Shown here: positions 15,899-30,385 of the stretch, piece after piece
Layout: every line of letters begins with the position of its first letter
How positions within the stretch are numbered: the first letter of the stretch is position 1
Notes under the pieces: model-generated
Seen by the model: the letters and a program-made list of their open reading frames with translations, nothing else
Told to the model about the DNA's origin: nothing
The model's database searches: none
Source of the DNA: the human T2T-CHM13v2.0 reference genome, Homo sapiens
Strand: one strand, 5' to 3'
Length of the DNA stretch: 64,000 nucleotides
Assembly: GCF_009914755.1 (NCBI RefSeq)
Contig: NC_060947.1
Translations under genes and position numbers: made by a program

Positions 15899-17204
15899 TC
15901 TCACTTTGAATTCATGAATGTAGAACTCAAGTTAGACCTTTATGCAGCCTTTCTAGTTCATTCATTCCCTTCCTTTTTAAGATTTTGTCATACTTTCTTC
16001 TCAAACTCTCAACATCACTGCCCACATGCTCACTTTCAACAGAGAACTCTGCTTCCTATGTTTGCATGGTACTAAAGAGTTTACAAAGTACTTTTGCATG
16101 CCTTTTCTGATTCTATCTCTCCCTCTTCTGCCCTTGGAAATTGCTAGTTTAAGCAGTATTCTTCTTTAGAGCAAATAACTCTTGGTTCTTCAGTTGATTC
16201 TAGTATCTAGTTTACCTCTCCTAACCATTTAAGCTGCGCAGATCAACCTGTGCTTGCATTTCGCAGTCTGTAAAAGGAGGATCCTTACACCTACCATTTT
16301 CACTTACAGGAACATTGTATAAGCATTTGTCTTTACTCTGATTCTTTTTAAGTCTTCGACTACAAAGAAACTGATTTTCCATCCACACCCACAGCAATAC
16401 AAAAGATAACCTCCCTGGACTGGAGATTCAGTGATTATTTTTTGACTCCAAAGTGTCTGATCTGCAGTTTGATAATCAAGAAAAATCCATTTTTATCGTG
16501 GCCTAGACTAGCTTCTAGTCTAAATATTAGTGTGCTCTGTTTTAATATTTCTCCATGTATTAAATCAGAGTTTTCAGAGCAAATAAAATAAGGATGAGCT
16601 TTAATTTTCTAAAAGTATTTCTTTACTAAAGGATTCCTTTTGGGTTGAACAGGTTCTTGGTAGATTTTAAATGAGTTGACTGATACAAATTCAGTTTATA
16701 CTACATTTCGGGAACATCCTTTTGTTAACAATGAGCTACATTTGTACAGGCAGTCCCCAATTTTCACCACAGTGGTATTCCTGGGAACTGTTATAAAACA
16801 GATCATATTTTCCTACAGGAACAATATTACTATTGGGGTTTGTGTTCCTGACCAAAGATGTAGCATCAAATAAATCATAAATATAATCAACAATGTGACA
16901 TGAAAGCAAAGATATAGGAACTAGAAATCTATAATCATTTTAAGTAGTTAAAAATTACACTCCAAATCCTACAAAATGGACACAAATATGGCATATGCAA
17001 TCATTACACAAATGACACCAATGCATTAGAAAGTGTGCGTAATGCCCTTAAAATGCAACCCAATTTTACAGTAAATTTTACCAAAAATAACCTGCTAGTC
17101 ACAAGGGATCTATTTGTAGTAATAAATTCTTTCTTTTTGCTATCTTGTAATACAAAAATTCTTGTGGTGTTGGAGGCAGTGTATGGTCTAAATGATCTGA
17201 CTTT

Positions 17205-17370
17205 GTTCCCAAACCTGGCAGTGCATCAGTCACCTGATGAGCTTTAAAGATGCAGGTTTCTGGGCCTGAACCCCAGAGAATGTCATTGAATAGGACTGTG
17301 GGGAGGCCAGGAATGTGTATTTTTAAAAGTTCCCTAGGCGATTCTGACGCACAGCCAAGTTTAGAATCCT
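17205..17370. mobile_element. MER5A-like hAT MITE
   Basis: gttcccaaacctggcagtgcatcagtcacctg...gaatgtgtatttttaaaagttccctaggcgattctgacgcacagccaagtttagaa. Confidence 0.75.
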
Positions 17371-17739
17371 AGGCATGGATGTGTCAGTACCTATTTATCT
17401 TTCCCATCCCTTTTTTTCAGCAAGCTCATACATTCAGAATCATTCCACCGACCATAACATTTGTGCTGGTAATAGGTTTAATACGTGTTTCCAAGGTGTT
17501 TCTTTCATTGAAAAACATTTTAAAAAGTAAAGGCTGTCTTGAAGTTTGAAAAACATTTTAGTAAGTGAGGATGAAGTCCACATTTCTCTACTCACCCACT
17601 CCTATATGTAGCTTTGAATAGGCTTAGGTATTAAATCATGTCTTAGGAAGTGACAGTTTTTTTGACAGCCATCAGAGTTCTTTGTAGTTGATTGGGAATC
17701 AAGAAGAATTGCTAGGTCATTAATCCCTAGTATTTTTTT

Positions 17740-19223
17740 TAATTTTAAAAAATTTATTCTTTTTTTATTATACTTTAAGTTCTAGGGTACATGTGCACAA
17801 TGTGCAGGTTTGTTACATATGTATACATGTGCCATGTTGGTGTGCTGCACCCATTAACTCGTCATTTACATTAGGTATATCTCCTAATGCTATCCCTCCC
17901 CACTCCCCCCACCCCACAACAGGCCCCGGTGTGTGATGTTCCCCACCCTGTGTCCAAGTGTTCTCATTGTTCAATTCCCACCTATGAGTGAGTACATGTG
18001 GTGTTTGGTTTTCTGTCATTGCGATAGTTTGCTGAGAATGATGGTTTCCAGCTTCATCCATGTCCCTACAAAGGGCAGGAACTCATCCTTTTTTATGGCT
18101 GCATAGTATTCCACGGTGTATATGTGCCACATTTTCTTAATCTAGTCTATCATTGGTGGACATTTGTGTTGGTTCCAAGTCTTTGCTATTGTGAATAGTG
18201 CCGCAATAAACATACGTGTGCATGTGTCTTTATAGCAGCATGATTTATAATCCTTTGGGTATATACCTATCCAGTAATGGGATGGCTGGGTCAAATGGTA
18301 TTTCTAGTTCTAGATCCTTGAGGAATCGCCACACTGTCTTCCACAATGGTTGAACTAGTTTACAGTCCCACCAACAGTGTAAAAGTGTTCCTATTTTTCC
18401 ACATCCTCTCCAGCACCTGTTGTTTCCTGACTTTTTAATGATCGCCACTCTAACTGGTGTGAGATGGTATCTCATGGTGGTTTTGATTTGCATTTCTCTG
18501 ATGGCCAGTGATGATGAGCATTTTTTCATGTGTTTTTTGGCTGCATAAATGTCTTCTTTTGAGAAGTGTCTGTTCATATCCTTTGCCCACTTTTTGATGG
18601 GGTTGTTTGATTTTTTCTTGTAAATTTGTTTAAATTCTTCATAGATTCTGGATATTAGCCCTTTGTCAGATGGGTAGATTGTAAAAATTTTCTCCCACTC
18701 TGTAGGTTGCCTCTTCACTCTGATGGTAGTTTCTTTTGCTGTGCAGAAGCTCTTTAGTTTAATTAGATCCCATTTGTCAATTTTGGCTTTTGTTGCCATT
18801 GCTTTTGGTGTTTTAGACATGAAGTCCTTGCCCATGCCTATGTCCTGAATGGTATTGCCTAGGTTTTCTTCTAGGGTTTTTATGGTTTTAGGTCTAAGAT
18901 TTGAGTCTTTAATCCATTTAGAATTAATTTTTGTATATGGTGTAAGGAAGGGATCCAGTTTTAGCTTTCTATATATGGCTAGCCAGTTCTCCCAGCACCA
19001 TTTATTGAATAGGGAATCCTTTACCCATTTCTTGTTTTTGTCAGGTTTGTCAAAGATCAGATGGTTGTAGATGTGTGGTATTATTTCTGAGGGCTCTGTT
19101 CTGTTCCCTTGGTCTATATCTCTGTTTTGGTACCAGTACCATGCTGTTTTGGTTACTGTAGCCTTGTAGTATAGTTTGAAGTCAGGTAGTGTGATGCCTC
19201 CAGCTTTGTTCTTTTGGCTTAGG
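17740..19223 (-). mobile_element. 5'-truncated L1PA4/5-type
   Basis: ORF2 C-terminus (18245-18835) and 3'UTR with G-rich tract. TSD ATTAATC(C/A)CTAGTATTTTT at ~17719 and ~19224. Confidence 0.93.
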
Positions 19224-19631
19224 ATTAATCACTAGTATTTTTTAAAAAATACATTTCATTGTGTATATTTAAGGTATACAACATAATGTTATGGGATACA
19301 TATACATAGTAAAAAGATAATTACAGTGAAACAAACTAATGTATCCATCATCTCACATAGTTACCTATTTTTTTGTTTCTGTAGCAAGAGCAGCTAAAAT
19401 TTACTTATTTAGCATGAATCCCAAATACAGTACAATTTTATTACATATACTCCTCATGTTGTACATTAGATCTCTAGACTTGTTTATCCTATATATCTGC
19501 TATTTGTTATCCTCTGACCTACATACATCTCTCCATTTTCTCCCTCAAGCCCCCACCCATAGTAATCACTGTTGTGTTCTCTATCTTCATATGTTTGAAT
19601 TTTTAAGATTCTGCATATAAGTGATGTCATG

Positions 19632-21958
19632 TGATATGGTTTGGCTGTGTCCCCACCCAAATCTCATCTTGAATTGTAGCTCCCATAATTCCCACATATC
19701 ATGGGAGGAACCTGGTGGAAGGCAATTGAATTGTGGTGGAGGTCTTTCCTGTGCTGTTCTCATGATAGTGAGTTCTCATGAGATCTGATGGTTTTATAAA
19801 GGGGAGTTCCCCTGCACATGCCTTCTCTTGCCTGCTGCAATGTAAGATGTGTCTTGCTTCTCCTTCACCATCTGCCATGATTGTGAGGCCTCCCAGCCAT
19901 GTGAAACTGTGAGTCCATTAAACCTCTTTCCTTTATAAATTACCCAGTCTCAGATATGTCTTTATTAGCAGCGTGAAAACAGACTAATACAGTAAATTGG
20001 CACCGAGGTAGTGGGACATTGCTGTAAAGATACCCAAAAATGTGGAAGCGTCTTTAGAACTGGGTATCAGGCAGAGGTTGGAACAGTTTAGAGCACTCAG
20101 AAGAAGTCAGGAAAATATGGGAAAGTTTGGAACTTCCTAGAGACTTGTTGAATGGCTTTAACCAAAATGCTGATAGTGATATGGACAAAAAAAGTTCAGG
20201 CTGAAGTGGTCTCAGATGGAGATGAGGAACTTGTTGGGAACTGGAGCAAAGATGACTCTTGCTATGTTTTAACACAGAGACTGATGGCATATTGCCCCTG
20301 CCCTAGAGATGTGTGGAACTTTGAACTTGAGAAAATTCTAGGAAGAAATTTCTAAGCAGTAAAGCATTCAAGAAGTGACTTGGATACTGTTAAAAGCATT
20401 CAGTTTTATGTATTCACAAAGATATGGTTTGGAATTGGAACTTATGTTTAAAAGGGAAGCAGAGCATAAAAGTTTGGAAAATTTGTAGCTGGATGATGCG
20501 ACAGAAAATAAAAACCCATTTTCTGAGGAGAAATTCAAGCTGGCTGCAGAAATTTACATAAGTAATGAGGAGCCAAATGTTAATTGCCAAGACAATAGGG
20601 GAAATGTCTCCAGGGTATGTCAGAGGTTTCCACGGCAGCCCCTGCCCTCACAAGCCCAAGGCATAAGAGGAAAAATTGGTTTCGTGAGCCTGGGTCCAGG
20701 GATCCCCCTGCTGTATGTGCAGCCCAGGGACTTGGTGTCCTGTGTCCCAGCTGCTTCAGCTGTGGCTAAAAGGGGCCAAGGTACAACTCGGCCTGTGACT
20801 TCAGAGGGTGCAAGCCCCAATTTTTGGCAGCTTCCATGTGGTATTGAGCCTGCGGATGCACAGAAGTCAAGAATTGAAGTTTGGAGGCCTCTGCCTAGAT
20901 TTCAGAGGATGTATGGAAATGCCTGGATGTCCAGGCAAAGATTGCTGCAGCAGTGGGGCCTTCATGGAGAACCTCTGCTAGGGCAGTGCAGAAGGGAAAT
21001 GTGGGGTGCAAGCCCTCAGCCAGAATCCTTACTGGGGCACTGCCTGGTGGAGCTATGAGAAGGCCACTGTCCTCCAGACCCCAGAATTGTAGATCTACTG
21101 ACAGCTTGTACTGTGTACCTAGAAAAGCCACAGACACTCAACGCCACCCTGTTAAAGCAGCCAGGAGGGGGCTGTACCCTGCAAAGCCACAGGGGTGGAG
21201 CTGCCCAAGGCCATGGGAGCCCACCTCTTGCATCAGCGTTACCTGGATGTGAGACATGGAATTCAAAGGAGATAATTTTGGAGCTCTAAGATTTAACTGC
21301 CCTGCTAGATTTTGGACTTGCATGAGGCCTGAAGCCCCTTCGTTTTGGCCATTTCTTCTATTTGGAATGAGTATATTTACCCAATGCCTGTACCCCCACT
21401 GTATCTGGGAAGTAACTAACTTGCTTTTGATTTTACAGGCTCATATGCAAAAGGGACTTGCCTTGTGTCAAATGAGACTTTGATCTGTGGACTTTTGAGT
21501 TAATGCTGAAATGAGTTAAGACTTTAGGGGACTGTTGGGAAAGCATGATTGGTTTTGAAATGTGAGGACATGAGATTTGGGAAGGGCCAACGGTGGAATG
21601 ATATGGTTTGGCTGTGTCGCCACCCAAATCTCATCTTGAATTGTAGCTCTTATAATTCCCACGTGTCATGGGAGGGACCCTGTAGGAGGTATTTGAATCA
21701 AGGGGCGTGTCTTTTCCACGCTGTTCTCTTGATAGTAAGTGAGTTTTCGTGAGATCTGATGATTTTATAAAGGGGAGATCCCCTGCACATGCCCTCTCTT
21801 GCCTGCTGCCATGTAAGACATGTCTTGCTTGCCCTTTGCCTTCCACCATGATTGTGAGGCCTCCCCTGCCATGTGGAACTATGAGTCAATTAAACCCTTT
21901 TCCTTTATAAATTACTCGTCCTTATGTCTTTATTAGCAGCATGAGAACACCTAATACA
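19632..21958 (+). mobile_element. Complete THE1 (MaLR) LTR element: 5'LTR 19632-19991, internal region, 3'LTR 21599-21958
   Basis: Both LTRs start tgatatggtttggctgtgtc(c/g)ccacccaaatctcatcttgaattgtagctc and end ctaataca. 5-bp TSD TCATG at 19627-19631 and 21959-21963. Confidence 0.95.
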
Positions 21959-24520
21959 TCATGCAATATTTTTCTTTCTGTGTCTGGCTTATTTCACTTA
22001 GCATAATGTCCTCCAGGCTTATCCATGTTGTGGCAAATGGCAAGATCTCATTTCTTTTTAGGCCAAATAATATTTCATTGTGTGTGTGTGTGTGTGTGTG
22101 TTACACACTATAGTTTCTTTATCCATTTGTCCATTGATGAACATTTAAGTTGTTTCCATATCTTGGCTATTGTGAACAATGCTGCAGCGAACATGAGAGT
22201 GCAGATATCTTTATGAGGTGGTGATTTCATTGCTTTTGGGTATATGCCCAGAGAGGGTCATATGGTAGTTCTATTTTTAATTTATTTAGAAACCTCTGTA
22301 TTGTTTTCCATAATGGTCATACCAATCTACATCCCTACCAGCAGTGTACAAGAGTTCTCTTTTCTCCATGCCTGTGGCAACATTGTTATCTTTTGACTTT
22401 TTGATAATAGCCATTCTAGTGGGTGTGAAGTGGTATCTCATAGTGGCTTTGATTTGCCTTTCCCTGGTGACTAATGATGTAGAGCATTTTTTCATATGCT
22501 CATTGGAGATTTTTATGTATTCTTTAAAGAAATGTCTATTCAGGTCTTCTGACCATTTTGTAGTTAGGTGTTTGTTTTTCTGCTATTGAGTTGTATGAGT
22601 TCTTTATACATTTTGGATGTTAATCTCTTGTCAGATATATGATTTGCAAATATTTTCTCCCAATACATAGACTGCCATTTCATTTTGTTGATTGTTTCCT
22701 TTTCTGTGCAGAAGCTTTTTAGTTTGTTGTAGTCTCATTTATTTAATTTTCCTTTTGTGGCTTGAGCTTTTAGTGTGATATGTAAAAAATCATTGTCAAG
22801 GCCAACATCCAGGAGCTTTTCTCTTATATTCCCTTCAAAAAGTTTTATAATCTCTGGTCTTACATTTAGGTCTTTTATCCATTTGAATTTATTATGGTAT
22901 AAGCTAAAGATTCAATTTTATTCTTTTGCACGTGGAAATCCAGTTTTTCTAGCACCATTTATTGAAGAGACTACCCTTTCCCCATTGTGTTCTCTTGGTG
23001 CCGTTGTCACAAAGTAATTGACTGTATATGTTTGGATTTTTTCCTGGGCGCTCTATTCTGTTTCACTGGTCTATGTGTCTGTTTTTATGCCAGAACAATA
23101 CCATTTTGATTACTATAGGTTTGTAATATAATAAATTATATAATATAATCAGGAAGTATGATGCCTCCAATTTTGTTTTCCTTTCTCAGAATTGTTTTGT
23201 TTATTCAAGGTCTTTTATGTTTCCATACAAATTTTAGGATAGTTTTTGCTATTTCTGTGAACAATGCCATTGGGATTTTGATTGGGATTGCACTGAATCA
23301 GTATATTATTTTGGATAGTATGGACATTTCATCAATATTAATTTTTCCAATCGATGAGCATGGGATATCTTTCCATTTATTGGTATCTTTTTCAGTTTAT
23401 TTCATCAGTGTTTTGCAGTTTTGGGTATACATATCTTTCACCTCATTGGTTAAATTTATTAAGTATGTTTTCGATGCTATCATAAATGGGATTGTTTATT
23501 TCTTTTTCAGTTAGGTAATTATTTTTGTATAAAAATGTTACTTTTTTTGTATGTTGATTTTGTATCCTGCAACTTTACTGAATTCATTTATTAGTTCTAA
23601 CAGTTTTTTATGGACTTGGGGTTTTTTACATATAAGATCATCTCATCTGCAAATAGAGATAATTTTACTTCTTCCTTTCTTATTTGGGTATCTTTTGTTT
23701 CTTTTTCTTGTCTGATTGTTCTGTCTAGTACTTTCAGTACTATGTTGAATAGAGGTGGTGGGAGTAGGCATTCCTGCCTTGTATCACATTGTAGTGGACA
23801 AGCTGTAAGTTTCTCCTTATTGATTATAAGGTTAGCTGTGGGTTTTTCATAAAATGGCCTTACATTATGTTGAGGAACATTAATACCTAAACTTTTGAAA
23901 GTTTTTGTCAAAAAAGGATGTTGGGCTTTTTTGAATGCTTTTTCTGCATCAATTGAGATGATCATGTGGTTTTTATCTTTCATTTTGTTAATGTCATATG
24001 TATCACATGGATTGATTTGCTTATGTTAAACCAGTCTTGCATAACAGGGATAATTCCCACTTGGTCAGCTTATATAATCTTTTTGATGTATTGTTGGATT
24101 TTGTTTCCTAATATTTTATTGAGGAGTTTTTGCATTAATATTCATCAGTAGCCTTTAGTTTTCTTTTCTTGTGATGTCTTTATCAAGCTTAAGAATTCAG
24201 GTGATGCTGGCCTCATAACATGTGTTGGAAAGTATTCCTGCTAGCTCTGTTTTTAGAAGAGTTTAAGAAGTATTGGTGTTAATTCTTCTTTGAGTGTTTG
24301 GTAGAATTTAGTCATGAAGCTACCTGGTTTTGGGTGTTTCTTTGTTGTGAGATTTTTAATTACTTCTTTAATCTGTTTATTTGTTATTAGTCTGTTCAAG
24401 CTTTCTATTTCTTCCTGACTCAATCTTGGTAGGTTGTATTTTTCTAGGAATTTATTTATTTCCTCTAGGTTATCCAATTCGTTGGCATATAATTGTTCAT
24501 AATAGTCTCTTTTAATTTCT

Positions 24521-24824
24521 TTTTCTTTTTCTTTTTTTTTTTTTTTTGAAATGGAGTCTCGCTCTGTCGCCCAGGCTGGAGTGCAGTGGTGCGATCTTGG
24601 CTCAAGCTTTGCCTCCCAGGTTCATGCCATTCTCCTGCCTCAGCCTCCTGAGTAGCTGAGACTACAGGCGCCCACCACCACGCCCAGCTAATTTTTTTTT
24701 ATTTTTAGTAGAGACAGGGTTTCACCATGTTAGCCAGGATGGTCTCGATCTCCTGATCTCGTGATCCTCCCACCTCGACCTCCCATAGTGTTGGGATTAC
24801 AGGCGTGAGCCACCGTGCCTGGCC
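24521..24824 (-). mobile_element. AluY-like
   Basis: Diagnostic ttcatgccattctcc and tagccaggatggtctcgatctcc. TSD GTCTCTTTTAATTTCT at 24505-24520 and 24825-24840. Confidence 0.93.
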
Positions 24825-25108
24825 GTCTCTTTTAATTTCTTAAGTGTCTTATAATTTTTTCACTTTCACTTTCATTCTATTTGAGCCTTTTCTATTTTTG
24901 TCTTAGACTGGCTAAGGATTTGTTAATATTGTTTATTTTTTTCAAACAACCAACTCTTAGTTTTATTGATTTTTTCTATGATTTTTCTGTTCTCTGTTTA
25001 TTTCTGTTCTGATTTTTATGATTTCTTTCCTTCTTCTAATTTTGGGTTTAGTTTGTGCTTCTTTTATTAGTTACTTAAGGCATAATGTTAGACTATTTAT
25101 TTGGGACC

Positions 25109-25494
25109 TGTCTTAATTCATTTTGTGTTGCTATAACTGAATACCACAGACTGCGCAATTTATAAGAAAAGATAAATGTTTCTTGTAGTTCTGGAGGCTG
25201 GGAAGTCCAAGATTGAGGGGCCTGCATCTGGCGAGGGCCTTCTTGCTGTGTCACTCCATGGCAGAAGGTGGAAGGACAAAAAAGTATGAGAGAGCAAGAT
25301 GGGGCCAAACTGGCTTTTATAACAAGCCCACTCTCACAATAACTAATTCACTCTCACAGTAATAACAACCTATTCATGAGGGCAAAGTCCTCATTACCTA
25401 GTCATCTCTTGTTAGGCCCACCTCCCATCACTGTTGCATTGGGGACTAAGTTTCTAACACCATGAACTTTGAAGGACACATTCAAACAATATCA
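25109..25494 (-). mobile_element. MST-family MaLR solo LTR
   Basis: tgtcttaattcattttgtgttgctataactgaataccacagactg...ctggaggctgggaagtccaagattgagg...cacattcaaacaatatca. Confidence 0.8.
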
Positions 25495-25977
25495 GGATCC
25501 TTCTTCATTTTTAATGTAGGCATTTATTGCTATAAATTCCCTTTTAGAACTGATTTTGCCATATCCCATAGGTTTTGGTGTGTTGTGTTTTCATTATCGC
25601 TTGTCTCAAGATATTTTCAAATTGCCCTTTTGATTTCTTCTTTGATCCAGGGCATGTTTAGTTATTTGTGAATTTTCCAAGATTTCTTACTGTTATTGAT
25701 TTCTAGTTTTTTTATAATTATGGTCTAAAGTGACACTAGATATGATTTCAATCTTTCTCAATTTATTAAGACTTGTTTTGTGGCCTAACATGGCCTATCC
25801 TGGAGAATGTTCCATGTGCATTAGAGAAAAATGTATATTCAGCTGCTCTTGGATGGAAAGGTTTTTTTATACATTTGTTAGGCCCATTTGATCAGAAGTA
25901 CAATTTAAATCCAGTATTTCCTTATGAATTTTCTGTCTGGTTGATCTACCCATTGATCTACCCATTGAAGAAAGTGA

Positions 25978-26277
<300 letters not shown>

Positions 26278-27063
26278 CTGAAGTTCCCTACTATTATTGT
26301 ATTGCTATCGATTTCTCCTTTTATGTCCATTCATATTTACTTTATGTATTTAGGTGCTCCAATGTTAGATTCCTATATATTTATAATTGTTATGTTTTCT
26401 TGATGAATTGACTTCTTTATCATTAAACAATGACCTTCTGTGTTTCTTGTAAAAATTTTTGACTGGAAGTCTGTTTTGTCAGATATAAAGATATAAGCAC
26501 AGCCACTTTGCTCTCTTTTGGTTACCATTTGTGTAGAATAGCTTTTCCCATTCCTTTGCTTTCAGCCTATGGCCTTAAAGCTTAAGTGGGTACCCCATAG
26601 ACACCATATAGTTGGACCTTTTTTTTTTTTAATCCATTCGACTACTCTATGTCTTTTGATTGGAGAAGTTAATTCACTTACATTCAAGGTTATTATTAAT
26701 AGGTAAAGACTTACTACTGCCATTTTGTTTATTATTTATGGTTGTTTTTTAGCTTCTTTGTTCCTTTCTTTCTCTGTTGTCTATCTTTGTGATTTGATAC
26801 TTTTCTTAGTGCTGAACTTTGAGTCCTCTCTGTTTATCATTTGTATATCTGCTGTAGGTTTTTGTTTTATGTTTACCGTGATGCTTACATAAAACATCTT
26901 ATAGTTATAATAAACTATTTTAAGCTAATTTCAACTTCTATCACATGCAGAAACTAGACTTTTACCTTCGTTTTCCACAATTTATATTTTTGATGTAACA
27001 ATTTACATCTTTTTATATTGGGTATTTTTAACAACATTATAATTTTAGTTATTGTTAACCATC

Positions 27064-27290
27064 TTTTTTTCTTTTTCTTTTTCTTTTCAACTTTTATTTT
27101 AGATTCACATGGTACATGTGTAGGTTTGTTAACTGGGAATATTGCATGATGCTGAGGTTTGGGGTATGAATGATTCTATCACCCAAGCACTGAGCATAGT
27201 ACCTAATAGTTAATTTTTCAACCCTTGCCCCCTACCCCATTCCCTTCTCTAATTGTTCCCAGTTTCTATTGTTGCTATCTTTATGTCTAT
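27064..27290 (-). mobile_element. L1PA15/16-type 3' fragment nested in the L1MA
   Basis: T-rich tail, then aacttttattttagattcacatggtacatgtg...gatgctgaggtttggggtatgaatgattc. Confidence 0.75.
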
Positions 27291-29890
27291 GAGTTGTTCA
27301 CTGTTTTGACTTATAACCATACTAGAGTTATGTATGATTTACACACCATTACAACAGTATTGGAATATTCTGGATTTGAGTATGTATTTACCTCTACCAG
27401 TAAGTTTTAGATTTTCATATGTGTTCATAATAGTAATTATCTTCTTTATGTTTCAACTTGAAGAACTTCCTTAAGCATTTCTTGTAGGGCAGGTCCAGTG
27501 GTGATGAATTCCTTAAATTTTTTCTTGTCTGGGAAAAACTGTCTCCTTCATTTCTGAATGACAGACTTGCTGGGTATAGTATTCTTGGCTGACTGTTTTT
27601 TTTTTTTTTTTTTTCTTTCAGGACTTTGACTACATCATTTCATTCTCTTATGGCCTACAAGGTTTCTGCTGAGAAATCCACTGATATTCTAATGGATATT
27701 CCTTTGTATGTGACTTGACATTTTTCTCTTGCTGGTTTTAAAGTTTTCTCTTTGACTTTTGACAGTTTGATGATAGTGTACCTTAGAGAGGGCCCCTTTG
27801 GGTAGTAACTGTTTGCGAACTTTTGAGCTTTGTGAATCTGGATGTTGATATCTCTCCCAAGACTTCGGAAGTTGTCAGCAATTGTTTCATTAAATAATAT
27901 TTCTGTCCCTTTCTCTATCTCTTCTCCTTTGAAAATCCCATAATGTGAAAGTTTGTTTAATGTTTGCTTAATGATGCTCCTTAAGTCCCATAGGCTGTTT
28001 TCACTCTTTTTCATTCCTTTTATTTTTACTGAGTCATTTCAAAAAAAAAACCACCATCTTCAGGTTGACAGATTCTTTCTTCTGTTTGATCTAGTCTGCT
28101 ATTGAAGTTCTCTCTATTGTATTTTTTTAATTTTGCTGATTGAACTTTTCAGCTCCAGGATTTATTTTTGGTTCTTTTTAATGATATCTATCTCTTTGTT
28201 GAATTTATCACTCAGATCATAAATTATTCTCCAATTTCATTGAATTGTTTCTATATCTTCTGTGGTATCTTGCTGAATTTCCTTAACATTAATATTTTGA
28301 ACTCATTTTCAGGTAATTTGTAAGTTTACATTTATTTGGGGTTAATTATTGGAGAATTATTCCATTCCTCTGGTAGTATCATGCTTCCTTGCTTTTTCAT
28401 GTTTTTTGTGTGTGTCCCTGCGTTGATGGCTGTGCATCAGTTGGTGTAGTCACCTCTTCCAAACTTTACAGAGTGGTTTTTGTATGGGAAGACATTCACC
28501 TGAAGATGGGCCTGAGGGTGACAATTGAGCAGACTATGGTGACTCTCATTCCATGTGGGCACAATGGTGTAGTCTTTGTGCAGCTTATTTAGTTGTAATC
28601 AATGTCTATGAAGACTGCAGAAGCCTCAGTAGTCTAGGCTACTGGAGTTTGTTGCAGTGATGGTGGCTTCATAGGTTATTAGGGCAACAGCTTTAGGGAT
28701 CCTCCTGGTCTTACTTTTCCCACAGTGGGGTGTCTGAGCTGTGGGTATCTGTGTTGGTGTCAGATCTGACATGGCCAATAGGCAGCCACAGTGGTACTTA
28801 GATCCAGGGCACAGGTGCTCAGAGCAGCTGTGAAGGTGATTTCCTGGGTGCAGGGTCTTGTGAAACTATGGTAGCACACAAAACTTGAGGCATATGTTCA
28901 CTCTCCAAGGCATGAATGACTGCAGTTTTCCCACTAACCAGGGACTGTTGCTCTGTGGCACACTTCAGAAGGTTGGGTCCAGGGGACTGTGATATAGCTG
29001 TGGTTCTGACCAGCTAATTCCAAGCTGGTTCCAAGCTGATTCTGAATGGGGGAATAGGGTGGCAGAGGCAAGGTGTTTCTTTCCCTTCCCTAAGCAGCCA
29101 TCCTGGGTTTGTGTGCTCTATAGGTTTTCTGCTGCTTCTTTGATGTTCTCTGGTGCTCTCCTTTAGTCATTTCTGTCAAAAATGTAGTCATTTATTCATT
29201 GTTTTGTTTTTATGTGTGTGTGGTAGACAAAACAGTACTGGGAACTTCTCTTTGGCCATCTTGCTAATGTCATTCTTTTTTTCCTCTCAATCACTAGTCT
29301 TTTCAAAAGAAACTCCATGTGTCACCTATTAGAGACACTTATATAAAGTTTTTATTCTCCTAGTAGATTGAAAGCTCCATGAAGCCAAAGACCAGGTCTT
29401 AAATATCCCCTATTTTTGCCCGTAAATCCTAATACATTGAAGGAACTCAGTAAATATTTATTTATTGAACAGTGAATAATAGCACTTCTGCCAATTGGTA
29501 AGATGGGCATAAAATGGTATTTCCTGACTACTGCTTGTTCACTTTTGAGAAAATTCTTCCCTGTATAGTTTGCATTCATAGGTCTGGATATGTGAATGTA
29601 AGTTTTAGAGTTGTGGGGGGGACTTAGGTCATGTTATACACCTACCATGTTTTTAAATGGGAAACCTGAGGTTTTGTTTAAGGTTACCATGCCAGGTTTT
29701 TCTCCATTTCATATTTTTCTTTTTATCCATTTATCACATTTGAGTACCTGCTGTGTATGAGCCCCAAAAAGCAAATGGTCCATTTCCTTTATGAAGTAAG
29801 AGGCAAGGTCATTTTCTGAAAAGGGTGGAGCTGGGGAATAGTGCTCTGGAGGATTGAGAAGATTGGAGAATTTTTAAAAGTTATGGCAGA

Positions 29891-30011
29891 GTCTACGGCC
29901 ATACCACCCTGAATGAGCCTGATCTCGTCTGATCTTGGAAGCTAAGCAGGGTCGGGCCTGGTTAGTACTTGGATGGGAGACCACCTGGGAATACCGGGTG
30001 CTGTAGGCTTT
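29891..30011 (+). pseudogene. Full-length 5S rRNA retropseudogene (RNA5SP-type), 5' part of a 5S-Alu chimera
   Basis: 121 nt GTCTACGGCCATACCACCCTG...CTGTAGGCTTT. About 5 substitutions versus human 5S rRNA as recalled, all at CpG positions. Confidence 0.97.

Positions 30012-30385
<374 letters not shown>

Noticed and set aside
20054-21889. Multiple overlapping short ORFs
   Set aside because: Decayed THE1 internal/LTR sequence with no intact MaLR ORF.
25941-25967. 12-bp tandem duplication TTGATCTACCCA
   Set aside because: Ordinary microduplication inside a dead L1.
29891-30011. Functional 5S rRNA gene
   Set aside because: Isolated copy with CpG-decay substitutions, no 5S repeat-unit flanks or T4+ terminator, and TSD-flanked with an Alu; called a retrocopy.
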